Shown: piece by piece, positions 14,099-28,607 of the stretch
How the letters are laid out: every line of letters begins with the position of its first letter
Position numbering within the stretch: position 1 is the first letter of the stretch
NCBI RefSeq assembly: GCF_002105155.1
Contig: NW_019029019.1
Coordinates: forward strand, 124,001 to 188,000
Direction: 5' to 3'
Source of the DNA: Lobosporangium transversale
Taxonomy: Eukaryota
Length of the DNA: 64,000 bases
Made by a program: the position numbers and the translations under genes
The notes under the pieces: generated by a model
Databases searched by the model: none
What the model saw: only the letters and a program-made list of their open reading frames with translations
Told to the model about the DNA's origin: nothing

Positions 14099-15477
14099 AT
14101 GCCTTTTGCTCAGGTAAAAATGAGCTACATAAAGTTATTCTTATAAGCCCATTGAATTCTCTTTAACTATTTTCATATTTTTTTCTTTTTTTCTTTTGAC
14201 TTTTCATAGGTAGTTATTGGGCCTCCAGGATCAGGCAAGACAACCTACTGCAATGGCATGCACCAATTCCTGAATGGGATGGAAAGGCATGAACTCGATT
14301 ACCCCCCTTCTTCACTATCTTTTTGTTTCCTTGAGTTTATGTATCAGAAAATCTAACATTTGACCGTTATTTTTTATTTATTTATTTATTTTTGTTTATG
14401 ACTATTAAGGAAGACAACTATAGTCAATCTCGATCCAGCAAACGAAGTCGTCCCTTATCCAACAAACATTTCAATTTTGGAACTGATCTCACTTGAAGAT
14501 ACAATGGAGAATCTACAACTAGGACCCAACGGTGGAATTATTTATTGCATGGAGTACTTGGCTGATAACATGGATTGGCTTGAAGAAAAGCTCAGAGCAT
14601 GTGGAGATGATTACATTGTCTTTGATTGCCCAGGTCAGGTGGAACTGTACACACACAATGATGCCATGAAACGCATCCTCGCCAGGCTAGAAAAAATTGG
14701 GTACAGGGTAAATATCAGGAATTACACATGTTTATCTTTCTGCAAGAAGAAAACCAAGATGATTTGTAGTCATGGTTATTGGCGAGAAGGGGCAATACTA
14801 AATAAAGGAATCGTAATTGATTTTTTTTTATTTTTTTATTTTTTTTATAATAGATGACCTGCGTTCATCTTGTCGATTCACACTACTGCACAGACGCAGC
14901 GAAATATATTTCTGTCCTCTTGCTCTCATTAAAGACCATGCTGCAGCTCGAACTACCTCATGTGAATGTGCTCTCCAAGATGGACCTAATCGAGACATAT
15001 GGCCGTTTACCCATGTCACTGGAGTTCTACACAAATGTGCAAGATCTCAGCTTTTTGCAGTATCATTTAAATCAAGATCCTTTCATGAAGCGCTTCCAGC
15101 AATTGAACCAGGCCATGTGCGACCTTATTGAGGATTTTGGCCTTGTCGGTTTTGAGACTCTATGCATTCAGGATAAGGAGTCTGTTACAAGAGTGGTTCG
15201 GGCAATTGATAGGGCTGGTGGCTATGTCTTCGGTGGCCTTGAAGAGGCAAACGAGAGCATCTTTATGACAGCAATGCGTACGGGATCTGAATGGGAGAGT
15301 ACAGTCCATGATGTGCAAGAGCGATACATGGGTTCAAACAGAGATGATCCAAACGCAGATCTGGAAGAATTTGCAAGAAATTATAAAGTAGACAAGGACA
15401 ATGATGAAAGTCCCGATCATATATCCAGCAATAATACTCAGCGTGCGAAAAGGGTTGCATTTGTGGATGAAAAGTAA
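14099..15477 (+). CDS. GPN2: GPN-loop GTPase 2, 4 exons
   Basis: MPFAQ|VVIGPPGSGKTTYC, VNLDPAN, LGPNGG, FDCPGQVELYTH and LELPHVNVLSKMDL. The second intron (14287-14409) is GC-AG. Confidence 0.93.
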
Positions 15478-15985
15478 TCATATACATAAATATGTATCGC
15501 CTGTATCATAAATTTATAAACTCATAAATATAAACTATTTCTCGATATTAAATAATCTCGTAACTACCATATCCACGTGGGACTTATTCACGCCGCTCTC
15601 TCAACTTTATGTTGCCGAGGAGTTACATCCAGAGGCACAGCATTGGTGGCATCATTGGTAGCAATCCATACCGGCCCTCAGACTACCTGACTGTCAATGA
15701 AGATGATGTATGGCAGCTGAATATTTAAAAGTGCGTCGATATCAGTTATTTTATGTGACGGGTATCTTTCTCAACAGACTCCCTCGTACAAAAGTATTTT
15801 CCTTGATACATTTGATCCTTTTACGTTCGCAACAGACCAAATTGAGGATGACTGTCTTTACATTTAATTTTGATGACTAACTTGTTTTTTTTTTTTTTTT
15901 TTTTTTTTTTTTCACAATAATTGCTTTTCCTTCTAAATCTCAGATACATTTGCTCTGGCGCTCTAACCACTTCATACAGAGGACT

Positions 15986-18900
15986 CTATTGTTCTGTTCC
16001 TCGTTGTTTACTTCCTTCAGCGCTCCTCACCATATCCATGAGCACCTCCAGCTCGCCAGATCGCTCACACATCTCTCTGAATTGCGATTTTTCCTTGCCA
16101 TTTGTACCATCCTCCATCAAGAGCTTTTTGGGTGTATCATACTCCAACACTTGGCCGTGATCTAGCACTAACACTTTGTCGTACAAGATAATCGTGTTGA
16201 GTCGATGTGCAATACAGATCACAGTAGAATTCTCAAATTCTTGCTGAATCGCTGATTGAATCGCTTTGTCTGTAGCAAAATCAACAGATGCGGTCGCCTC
16301 GTCCATCACAATGATCTTGGAGTTCCGGAGCAATGCCCGAGCCATACACAGCAGTTGGCGCTGGCCCTGAGAGAAATTCGATCCGCCCTCACTAACTGGA
16401 TTATCAAGACTTGAGAACGATATATGAGTCGTCTTGCTGTTGTTGTTTGCTCCTGCTGCTAGTGCATTGCTGGAATTGCTGACAGAGCCAGAGCCCTCAC
16501 CAACTTCACCATTAGTATCAATAATGCTCAAAGCAGACGAGTCTTGGCTTGCCTCAGTAACTAAGTGCACACGCCGGAGGGCTTCCCAGAGTTCAGCATC
16601 GTCATGATCATTAAAAGGGTCAAGATTGGATCGGATAGTACCATTAAAGAGCATGGGATCCTGTGGGATAATAGTCAAACGAGAACGAAGGTCGTCCAAA
16701 CCGATGTCACAGATATTAATACCATCGATATGAATGGTTCCTGCCACTGGTTCAACAAAACGGAACAGCGAAAGCGCCAATGTACTCTTTCCTGAACCCG
16801 TTCTATAAATCATACGCGCCCATGTACAAAAACATAGCATAGACATTTATACCACACACACACACAAAAAGGGAAGGGTTAGCCTTTGATATATTCAACA
16901 CAGCTTAAAGTCAAACCATTCTGCTCTGGATTTTATCAAGACAAGCAAAAAATTACCTTCCAACGACGCCGATTTTTTGCCGAGGTTCGACAGTAAAAGA
17001 GATGCCTCTTAGGACAGTTTCGAGCTCAGGCGCGTATTTCATTTCCAAGTCCTTTACCTCAATGCTTCCTTCTGTTGGCCAAGCAGCCGGAGGTCTTCGA
17101 CCTTCAATGATAGCAGGTGGCTCCAAAGGCATTATCGTATACTCTGTAATCCTCTCGATGGCGTTCAGTTCCATCTCAATCTCTGTGTACTCTCGGACTA
17201 AATAGTTTACTAGGGCTACAAACTCGAGGGCATATGTCAGCGCCAAACCTGCTGTACCAGCATCGATTCCGACTGGATTCATCAGGATAAATACTCCAGA
17301 TGAGAGTGCTACTACTGCACCAATCGAATCTGACCGGACTGACAACCATCGGTTAGCGATCCATAAGAAATAGAATGGCCGATTACTATCATCAATCTTG
17401 GTCAACAAGTCGCTCATGAATCGGCTCTGTTCACTAAACGCACGAATTGTCGCGACACCTGCCAAGGTCTCCCCAAACATGGAGTAGATAGGTGAGCGAG
17501 ATACAGAGTGTAGACGCTTAAGCTCTCGAGACGAGCTGATGTACTTTTTACCCACTACCAAGTACGCCACCGAAATCAATGCTGCAACAACGACAAACAC
17601 AGGCGTGATGTAGGCTAAGACAATGATAATCGAACTGACAGACATGATGAGCGACAAAAGTTGAGCGCAATTATTGGCGATCGATCCATCGACGGTCTCG
17701 AAATCTTTTGAGAATCTGTTCATGATTCGACCTACAGGGGTGGTGTCAAAAAACCGGAGAGGCGCGCGTACTACCGAAAGCAGCAGCTTTTTGTACAGCA
17801 GTCTTGCAGCACGTAAGGAACCATACAACACAATAACCGTCTGCATGACATGTGCCAAGCTAGCCCCGATCGAGATCAAGGCATAAATAAGCAAGTAAAA
17901 ATCTGTACTGTGCTTCTCAGCACCCTCTCTGATATAATTTGGATGTAGACTCATCGAAGACAGTGCCGGACTATCGAGTGGAGTATGCCCCTGAATCCCC
18001 TGTGAATCAGAATATACAGCTGAAGGGGCAAGGTGTATTGACGAGGATCCCATGGTGTTGTAAATGTTCAAGGACATGAGTTTTTTAAAGAATGAATCCG
18101 GTGCATATGAGTTTGCCCACTCGCGTACCCACAACGACTCTGACACTTCTATCGATCGGGTCACAGCAAAGGCCGCCATAAGTGTCAACCAAAAGATGAT
18201 GCCACCAGCAGCCGACGCATAAACAAGGTAGATGGACCATTTGACGCGGCCTTCCTCACGCGCCTCCTCCTGAACAAGCTTCCTGGCGTCCTTGGTTGGA
18301 GCAGCACCTGCAGAAGAAGGTTCTGAGGTTCTTTTAAGATCCTTGCTGGTTGACTTATTCTGCACAAGTTTAGGTTTGACAATACTTGTGGATGATCCCA
18401 AGTCGTTACCATTGACAGTATCGCTGTCAGAAGTATCCGTGGCCTGATCATCCTCATCTTCTTCGAGGACAAGGGACAATAGCCCCTGTTCCCTGAGCTG
18501 TTGAACTGAACCCTGAACAGAAATCTCTCCGTTATTCATCAACACCACATGCTTAGCAGTTGCGATACAGAGACGGACATGATGAGTCACCAGGATACAA
18601 GTGCGGTTCGTCATAATCGGCCCAGTCAGACATTTGGCATGAATATGTTCGGCAGTATGGGCATCTACAGCTGAAAGACAATCATCCAGAAGTACATGTC
18701 GTGCCCGTGAATAAATGGCACGCGCCAACGAAACACGCTGCTTCTGGCCCCCAGAGAGAGTGATGCCCTTCTCTCCAATCTCGGTTTGATCACCATCCTC
18801 CAAAATTTCAAGATCACGTTTTAACGCGCAGACTTCGATGACCTCGTTATAGCGTTCTTCCTCATATTGACTGCCGAACAAGATGTTGTCACGAATAGAG

Positions 18901-21900
18901 GCATTTTGTAACCAAGCCTGCTGAGAGACATAGGCTACACCGTCATTCAATAACCCGGTTTCTGGATCAAACTCCTTTGAGCCATCCAATGGTCGTCGAG
19001 GTAAGAAAATTTGTCCTGCCAAGATATCCATTTCGCCTAGCATAGCCATCAATAGCGAGGTCTTTCCGCTTCCGGTCGATCCACAGACAATGGAGAGTTC
19101 TCCTACAGGGAATGAAACACTGATATTGCGTAGAATAAATTGGTCTACATCCTCCACCCGGGGCTGATCTGAGTTCGCTGCGTTTACATTAGGTGTCTTT
19201 GCACTTTCGGTTGTCCACCATTGTGCACTCATCTCCTGCATCCCAATTTCAGGCGACCCATTTGTTCTTTTATTGCCATTGACAAACACATCCTTGATAT
19301 TGGGCTCATCCAGATACTCAGCAATACGGCCCAAACTGACGCTGGCATTTGTGAGGGCCATGTAGACTGCAGGAAGACCATTCAGAGGGCTCTTTAAGCG
19401 ATTGAAAAGGACCATGGCTGTAAAGGCAACTGCGGGCGTAAACTCGCCTTTTTGAATCTTGGCGTAGCAGAAGAAGCTTGATAAGGTTACCAACAGAGGA
19501 GATGTAAACCAGACCATTTGGAAAAGGATAGTGTTTTTGTAAACTATGAAAATAACAAAATAAGGATAAGTTTTTTCTTTTTTTTTTTTTTTTTTTTTTG
19601 TTGAAATAAAACAACAAATTAGCATTAAAAAAAAGAGGAACCTTTCGTGTTCTTTCTTACCATTAACCAGCTTCTTGAGTTCAAACTCTCTTGCTTTCAA
19701 CACTTTCTCACTGAAGGACATTTCCCAAGCGAAAAACTTGATCATGCGAATACCCGCGATCAACTATATGTCCATAGATATACACAAATCAAGACGATTA
19801 GTCAGTGTTCGAACCTGACGTCTTAATCCTAATAATAACGAATGCCGAAAAACAAAGCCTTGCCTCTCCCATCAAGGTGACACGATCATCACGAGCACTG
19901 GAAAGCTCGCGTTGTCCAATGGTATATCGCTTCCTGACAGCCTTGTTGACAGGGATAGTGATGATCAGGATGGACATTCCAACTAGTGAACTCCAACCGA
20001 TGAGGTCGTACAAGAGATATGTTCCTAAGGCAATGCCGATAGGTGAGGAAACTCCGATGTGCCAAAAGTTACACACGCCCGAAACACGAACTGTATCCGT
20101 TGACATGAGATTGACAACCTTGCCTGCACTAGCAGGCGCGGTGTCTTTGTCGTCGTCTTTGCCTTTACTCTTGCCTTTGTCTTTTCCTTTCCCATTTCCA
20201 TTCCCTTTACCATTAGAGTCACTGCTGTCCTGGCTGCCGCTCGATTCCTTTGGTTTCTTCTTGACAAGACCACTCATGTCGCGGCGAGTCAATGTCTTTG
20301 CATAGATCTCTGCATTTAGTAGCGCCATCATGGAAACGTTAATTTTGCGTCCCATGTAAAACATTTGTGACTGCACCAACGAGCGTGAGACCTGGGCAAT
20401 GAAGATGAGGATGACATAGAGGTAAGCGACTTTTGGTGGAACTTCGGGATCATTGATGTAGCTGAGAAACAGCTTGAGGAAGTAGGGGACCGAGAAGTCA
20501 AGGAATGTCGAAATGACGACGAACGTGAACTGCCATAAGAACGATACTCCATTGAACCAGAGGACGCGCTTGAGAAGTGATGCGGATGATCTAGTCCGAT
20601 GTATATAACCGTAATTAGAATGATTAGCGTTCAGCAAAAGTAGAGTAAAATACCTGATTAGGGGCATGGAAAATCTCTCAAATCTCAACAAAGTAAACTC
20701 CGCAAACAAGATTAAATACATAACATCGTTTACACTTGTTACACAGCATTACAAACACTTGGCGCAACTCCCCATAAGCAAGGCTCTCTGCTCTTGTATT
20801 ATACTTCAGTTATATCTCAAAAAAGGAAGCAAAGATCCGATGCAAGGGGAAAAAAAAGAAAAAAAAAACAGATGTGGCGCAGAAAGAGATAGAGATCTCA
20901 TGATACCCACCTAAAGCTCGAGAACATCTGAAACTGTGACCAGACAGTCCTCGCCCGGAGTTGAGGCAACAACTCGGACAAGTCTGATAGGTTAAGCGTT
21001 TTGCTCGATCCAATACTGATGATCTTGTTGAACCAAGAAAAGAATAGCCATGAAAGATATGACGCATATGCCTCTGGACTCATAGCATGCTTGGCCTATA
21101 CATTAATTGATATTGTGTACATGTTCGATGATACGATAGATTATTACATGAAGAGAAAAAGATAGGATGGTTAAATATTTCAACCTTTCCTTACATACGC
21201 CTTCTATCCCTTTGTCATCTTCTTCCTTTCTCATTGCTGTAGCAATATACCACAGGATTTTTTTTTATATTGATGTATCAACTTGGATGTGGTAAGTGAT
21301 TGTCAAAGATTGGCTGATTGGATGAAGTTGTGTAAATAAAAAAAAAGAAAAAACCGATTGGTTGAAAAACTTACAGATGCATAACCATAACCATATTGAT
21401 GGACAAAGTCCAGATCCAGCTCTGCGGGCATGGTCAGCGCAGTCCCAAAAAGGACAAGAGCAGTGCAGAACTTGGCGAAAAAGACGTAAGTATCAAAGGA
21501 ATAAGAATATCCGAATCGATGGTGGTCTAGGATAGTGTCTAATTTATCCCAGAATTCAAACAAAAGGACTACAAATGTGGTGGAATAAAACCATTGTAAG
21601 GGTTGCAACGCGTTCATGTATCGGATTCGATGGGTGATAATGCCCAATAAAGCCAATAAGACCATAGCCCATCCTGTCAAGATGGCAATGGGTGCAAAGA
21701 GACGTTCAAATTGGCTGCGATCTCTATCTCCAGAGGAGTCATCACTGTCACCATTATCCAGGGTCAGGAAAGAATGGATGAATGAGACTAGATGAAGCGT
21801 AGAGGCAAGCAAAGAGAAAAGGAAGAGGATGATAGTGCGAATTTTGATATGATGGGCTTTGGGTTGAGTGTCCCCAGAAATGTTGTCTGAAGCATTGTTG

Positions 21901-22088
21901 GATACAGGGATACGAGTGTAGTCAAAGGTAGACTTGCGACGGGCTAGTTGTGCAGCACGAGAAGGGGATGCAGCAGGGTTGAGTTCAATGTTTGTTGACT
22001 TTGCAGCGATAGCACAGATTGAAGCAGAGACGACAAAACTGGTCAATGGCAGAACAGCCATGACGACTTCTCTCAATGACATCCCCAT
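15986..22088 (-). CDS. ABCC/MRP-family full-length ABC transporter (Ybt1/Bpt1/Ycf1-like), multi-exon
   Basis: N-terminal TM extension. NBD1 GSTGSGKTS, EIGEKGITLSGGQKQR, LLDDCLSAVDAH. TMD2 FFDTTPVGRIMNRFSKD. NBD2 VGRTGSGKS, NFSQGQRQL, MDEATASVD, IAHRL. Confidence 0.93.
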
Positions 22089-22381
22089 TGAGAAGAAAAT
22101 AAAAAAAAATCCAGGGGGAAGGTGGATAAGGAATGCCAAGAGTAAGGACAAGGAAAAATGAGAGAAGAAGGAAAAGAGAGAAGAGAAAGAAGAAAAGAAA
22201 AAAGTGCCAATGTATTTGAATGAACAGCTTTTTCAACATGGCAATGCCATTTTCATTTCGAATCAAATGTTTTTAATTTTGCATTCACTGTCACATCCAC
22301 GGGTAATTCTTGTATACTTTTTTAAAGGCAGCATTTCAGATTCATGTATAAAGCGGTCTAGACTAAAAAGAGATAGAGTAA

Positions 22382-22945
22382 CTAAATAAGAGTGGTGCTG
22401 GTTCCTTCAAAACCTTTACCATCCTGAGAAAGCTTCTTCAATGCTTCACCATCCACACGCATGACTTGCCACTCATCCATCGCAACTGCTCCCAAGGACT
22501 TGTAGAACTGGATACTAGGTTCATTCCATTTCAGTACTGACCACTCCAGTCGACCTCCGTTCATCAGTTCAACTTCGCGAGCCAGCTCACCCAAGAGGCG
22601 CCTGCCAATGCGTTGCCCTCTGGCTGATTCCTTCACGAACAGATCCTCGAGATAGATACCTCCTTTGCCTCTCCAGGTAGAATAGTTTGTAAAATAAAGA
22701 GCAAATCCAACGGGTTCAGATGAAGAAGGGATGAATGCTAAGAGACATGAGGCCAAGTTCTGTGAGGTCGGATGAGGGGGAGTGAAGCGAAGAGTGTTGA
22801 GCAATGATTCCTCTGTGGCCTCGACAGTGGATGGAGGTTCCTTCTCATACTTTGCAAGCTCATGGACCAATGAGAGGATAGATCCTACATCTGCAGGGGT
22901 AGCAGCACGGACAGTGACCTGAGGAGATGACGAGGATGAAGACAT
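22382..22945 (-). CDS. GNAT N-acetyltransferase, SSAT/Ats1 (diamine/thialysine acetyltransferase) type, intronless
   Basis: VRAATPADV..ELAKYEK, FALYFTNYSTWRG, IYLEDLFV..RGQRIG, RLEWSVLKWNEPSIQFYKSLGA. Confidence 0.9.
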   Translation of the reverse strand: MSSSSSSPQVTVRAATPADVGSILSLVHELAKYEKEPPSTVEATEESLLNTLRFTPPHPTSQNLASCLLAFIPSSSEPVGFALYFTNYSTWRGKGGIYLEDLFVKESARGQRIGRRLLGELAREVELMNGGRLEWSVLKWNEPSIQFYKSLGAVAMDEWQVMRVDGEALKKLSQDGKGFEGTSTTLI

Positions 22946-24023
22946 GTCGTTGTTTTCAGCGTATGGGTAAACAGGTACGGATGCGTGTGAAAAAAAATAA
23001 AAAAATAAAATAAAATAAAATAAAGAAAGAGAGAAAGAGAGAGAAGAAAAGAGAAGCAAAATGAGTAGCTGGGGGGGACAGGAGATCAGTTTTATACTCT
23101 GCATACAATTATGACTAAGAAAACAAGGTTAGACTAGCCATTTTTTCCGCAGCAGACACTGATCAATGTTTTAGAAAGTGATAGAGAGATCAATTGGCGT
23201 GAACGTGTATATAAACAAACAGAAATCCTTCTGTAGTTAACGCGACTGTAATCCAAGACTGTCCCTGATCCGACTTTTGTGTAAACAGTTTGAATATGCA
23301 CCAAAAGCAAGACAATCCAACCGACATCTCCTATCTCAATGTATGCTTGCTTGTCTTTCATTAATAGACAAACCGTACAGTCCCAAATGGGGCCCACGTG
23401 ATGCCACTGTGTTCAGATTCCCATTGCAACGGACAATATCTGTAACATGAAGTGGGTGCATCAGCACCATTAATCTTTTGCTGCAAATAATGAGCTATGA
23501 TGACCTTTTCTTTTCCTTTTCTTTTATTCCCTTTACCGTTAGTGAAATATTTTTTTTTTTTCCTTACCCCTTCACTTAAGATCTTAATAAGCCTACCACT
23601 TCTCTAAACTAGGAAATCCAGCAGTTTGATTGACACGCTTCTACAAAAAATACAATACCCTTTTATATATTATGTATGCAGGTGAAAGTGATTCTCTCTT
23701 CTATGTTGAGACGGACCTAACTTCTTTCCGCAAGTCGTCCTACCGCTCTATTACTTTCTTTGAGAACTGAAAAGATATTGATCATCTACTCATCTGCCCA
23801 TTAATCCTCTCCTAACCTACCACATCCATTCACCAAGCTACGAAATCTTTAAAACCCTTATTAATCGTTCCTATTCATATATATCCTGTTCTACTCAATT
23901 GGCTTCCTCTTTCTCAATTTTGAATAGTTGAGACTTTTATTTCAAAAGAGCTCAAGCTTTCCCTTCCATACTATATCACAACACCTTTAGACCTTACGTG
24001 TGCATAGCAACAAGTTATCGTAC

Positions 24024-24935
24024 ATGGCAAACAAAACACTGCCCTCAATTTTGACAGAGGGGCAGCAATACTTAGTAAGGAAGAATTCTTTAATCCTCCA
24101 AGTGCTGTAGGACCATAAAATCAACCAATCTAATCTATTAAAAAAAATAGGTTATCGAACAGGCACTTATAAGAGCTGGATATGACCATGATGCCAACAT
24201 CGAAAATCGCCCCAAAACTACTCATGGTTCGTTCATCTTCCCCATGCTAAATGCATCGATAAGCACACCTGGAGGGGGATTCTATGGCGGTGACAATGAT
24301 AACCACAAAGGAGCAGATCGCTACTCTATTGAAGGAAATGGAAGCATTTTTAGTAAAGAGAACAGGACAAGTGGTGTAGCAATAGGGGCGTCCAGCATGA
24401 ATGGTAGTGTAACATGCCATAACATAAACGGAGGCCTACAGTTGTATTCACCCATCTCTGCAGGATCGTTCACACATAAAATATATGCCAACACGGCTCG
24501 ATCGAGCACTAGCAGTATGCTTTCGATCGGCCGACAGAAATCGGAGCCACCCGTCTCTATTCTTCCACATTATAATTCACCTTACGAAGCAATGTTTTTC
24601 AACCAGCCAGGTAATGAGAAATGAAAAAAAAAAAAAAATACAGCTTGCTGATAACCAATAATAGCCCTATCAATGCATTCATGCTCATAACTAATCCTAT
24701 CGCACTCAAAACTATTTCTGTGGTCTTGTACTGTGTTTTTGGTTTTCTTGCTATATGTATAGATACGATGCATTTTATTGGAAAGGATCTTCGAATTGGA
24801 ACCATATGTATTTCTATGAGGCCTAGCCAGGATGCAATGCGCTTCCTTGTTCGTACAGTTCTTGTAAGTTACTACTTAGTTCTCTGGTGGACGACGTCTC
24901 AATTCAATATGAGCAAGTAATAAATACTATAAGGA

Positions 24936-24969
<34 letters not shown>

Positions 24970-25853
24970 ATAGAAATTCACTTGCGTGGATGTTCTGGAT
25001 AGTTATCGAGCTACCGCAGAGTTTGAGAAATGTCAATCATTGTATACGAAGAAAAATGAAATTCTACCAATGCTCCATGTTGCACTACAGCAATGCTTCG
25101 AATCTATCCCAGAGGTCGAGGTGAAACGTCACCAGGTAGTTCAGCATCAGTCAGCGACTGATCATTCTGTCTTTGTCCTGGATGATTCTGGTTGGTTGCA
25201 GAGCCCACGATATATCGCAAACTTAGTTCATGGTCTAGAGGAAGTCCGACAGGAAGGATTCGCGTTTGTGCTCAAAAACCTGGAAGCGCAGATGGTATGA
25301 TCCTCCATTATTAGATAAACATGAGCATAAAATAATGCAAAAGTATACAAACAGCTTTTAATTTTTATTTTTTTACTATGATTTTAAAAGCGACCAGCTG
25401 CGGTATCCTTGGACATCGTGATCCCTAATAAAGACGAGTCACTTACAGCTGACGATCAAGAGCAGTTTTGGGCCTTTTTCAATGGGCTGGGCGAGCACAT
25501 TGAAGCTGAAACCTATTTGCCTAATGTGTCCAAGCATACCTTCATTTTGCCGTCAATGATTGCAGGGGACAAGGTACATCGATCTTTTGTTTTCTTTTAT
25601 AAAAAAATTAAAATCTCTGTTGCCTCTAACCTTCTTTCTTTTTATTCGCGTCCCTGGTATCAAGAGCGAGGGGCAACGTCTGAGTGCTTTGGCAGAGTTA
25701 ATCGAGACAGAAACCAGTTACAACAAGCGAATGAATGATCTTATCAGTGTAATTAAACAAGGGGCTTACTGCGTCTATAAAGCACGCCACATCCGTTTGG
25801 TTTAGTTAAAGGAACGTTCGAGCTCACTGTATTTTTATTTCCTATAATCTTCA

Positions 25854-25896
<43 letters not shown>

Positions 25897-26421
25897 TATA
25901 CTTAAAGGAGGCTCGCTATGCACTCACAGCACTCAGCCCTCCGCTAGGCAAGTATGAGATTCGAATGATTTTCTCCAACATCGAACAGATTGTTGCAGCC
26001 AGTACTGAGTTCCTGAAAGACCTGAACGGATATCAAAATCACAAAACGAATGAAGACAAAAGCTTAGGAGAGATCTGCCGTAAGAACGTAAGGAAACTGG
26101 AATCTCTTAGACACTACCAATCTGAAACTACGGATGGCCACTATCAACAACAGACAATCAAAGGCTTATTGTACGTTCTGTTTTCATTATTTAGCTTCAA
26201 AACATGCAATGCTATAAGCACTATTTGATGCGTTATAAACGAGCACAAGAGATACATTTGGCCTTAAGCAAGAAGAGCCAAGCGTATAGAGCATTCCAGG
26301 AAAGATGCATTCATACCACTGGAATACAGACGCTGTCTAACCTCTTGGTTGAACCAACTCAACGTATTGTTAAATATCCGTTGCTTTTCAAAGGTAAGGG
26401 GAAAATGATGGATGCTCTACG

Positions 26422-26455
<34 letters not shown>

Positions 26456-27085
26456 AAAGATTTACAGATATTGACAAAAGAAAACTATTATGATATCGCT
26501 TTACAACGTTTAATAGCTATATTATCTGGGACGAATAAAGATTCAGAGGACGTAGATGGTCTTCGAGAAGCAGCCCATATTGCATCCGAGATTGCACACA
26601 TGGAAAAAGCAAAACCCGAGCAAAGAGCAGAGATGCTGTTCAACCTTCGAAGTATCATTGAAAATTGCCCAGATTCGATTGTCAACCAGAATAGGAGCAT
26701 TATATCTTATATGGATGGGTTCGAGACCAACCTGCTGACAGGAGAGAGGGGCAGACCCATCACTCTAATTCTTTTCTCGGACAAGATCATGATCGTACGA
26801 CGACCTAGTACTTCAAGTGGTGAAGCCTTATTTCACTTAAAAGAAGATGAAGAGCAACGGAAGCAGAAAGAGAGAGAGGAAAAAGAACGTGAGAAGAAGA
26901 GCAAGAGGGATGGCAGGAATGATACAGATGGTTGCAATAATGGTGGTGGTATTCATGGAGGTTCGGTTGTATCAATACCAGGACTTCAGCTTTTGAGAAA
27001 GGATTGGAAATTCATGGGCTGGATGGACATTCTAAGGGTCAAGGTCGCTGTTGTTGAACAAAGTACTATCTTCTTTTTGCAACGC

Positions 27086-27121
<36 letters not shown>

Positions 27122-28607
27122 CATATTTTTTTTTTTTTTTTTTATTTTAGCAAACAATATTGACCCCATTTTCTTTCTCATCTTTTTTTTTTTTTTTTTT
27201 TTTTTTTTGCTGGACTCCAGCTGATCCTGAGGGTTTATTCTGTATCACAACAAGAAATTACGCAGAAAATAAGCAAGATCTATGGGAGACAACACGCGGC
27301 ATCATGCCAGAAGGATTGGATAAGAGAGATACTTTCATATCCAAGTTCTATGAGACGCTGTCGTTAGCCAAGGCTACGTTTACCGCTCAGAAAGCCGAAT
27401 CTACATCCAGGCTCCATGTGGGGGAGCTTGAGCTATATTGCAACGTCTTCACAGAAAGCCAGTATCGTGATTTCAAATTCAAAGGCGACGTCGCACTGTT
27501 TTATACGTGCTTGTCGCATTATCCTGCGGATGTAGCGCCTTTTACAACATTACCGGCGTTTGTGGGCATGATACAGACTGCTGCATATTCTTCTTCCAGC
27601 ACACAACCTGAAACTGCTGTTGGCCCAAGAACATGCGGATTTCGCGCCATACTAAAAAGTAAAGCAAATCTGAATGGTGCAGGGGATGTGTTCTCAGTTG
27701 CTAAAGAAACTAGTCATTTTCTGGACATGGATACATTCCAGACTCACATTGCCGAACTTGGTATGTCAACCTATAATGTGTATCCTTGTATCCTTCATCT
27801 TAACAGTTTTTGACAAGTGCTTATCTGCCCGTACCGACTTTTTCTTTTTCTTTTTCTTTTTTCTTTTTTTATATATATATAACTTTAGTCGCAAACCTCC
27901 AGTGGACTGTATACAGCTTTAGTCCATACCAAAGTGCCCAACTTCATTTTAGTCGAGTCTACATGGATACAGATTACCTCTTCAAGGCCGCTGGTGCATC
28001 CTCAAAGAGCACGTCCCTGCGGAGCAAAAGCTTGAAAAAGATCCGTGACTCTGCATCGGCTGTTGCAGCATGGCCATCATCGCCATCATCATTGGGACAA
28101 CAACACCGATATAGTGGCTCCTTCTCTCCCCTGGCAAGCCCTCATGATACCCATAGTATACCCAGCTCCCCAAGTTCATATAATCTCAGCAGTGCTTTAG
28201 GACGCAGCAACAGCATCGTTGGTATTCGGAATAGTAGCCATGCTATTGGTAATGAGCCAAGCCAACAGGAGCAGCATGATAATCAGAAGCATGATTCACC
28301 TGTGTCAATGAACAAGCGGTTCTCAATGCCGACAATCATGAAAAAATACCCTTCAGACAGCAATAAAAACTACGACAATACAGACAGAGGCAGCGGCAGC
28401 CCTCATCCGCAGAGACAAGGTCGACCTTTACACCATCAATCGCAATCATTTGCAGAGAATACGATAAAGAACAGCGTCTCGGTGATAAGTCTTCTCCTTC
28501 CTGGATCGGGCCGAAAGAAAGGCCTCATATCTTCCATGTCATTTAAAAATGGAGGAGATAACAAAGGAGAAGCAAAGGAGAAAACAAAGTTTTTGGAGAC
28601 CCTGTAG
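24024..28607 (+). CDS. Dbl-homology RhoGEF (DH plus PH-like), multi-exon
   Basis: RLSALAELIETETSY, MIFSNIEQI and LLVEPTQRIVKYPLLFK (DH); LILFSDKIMIVRR (PH-like). Exons join in frame from the ATG at 24024. Confidence 0.85.
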
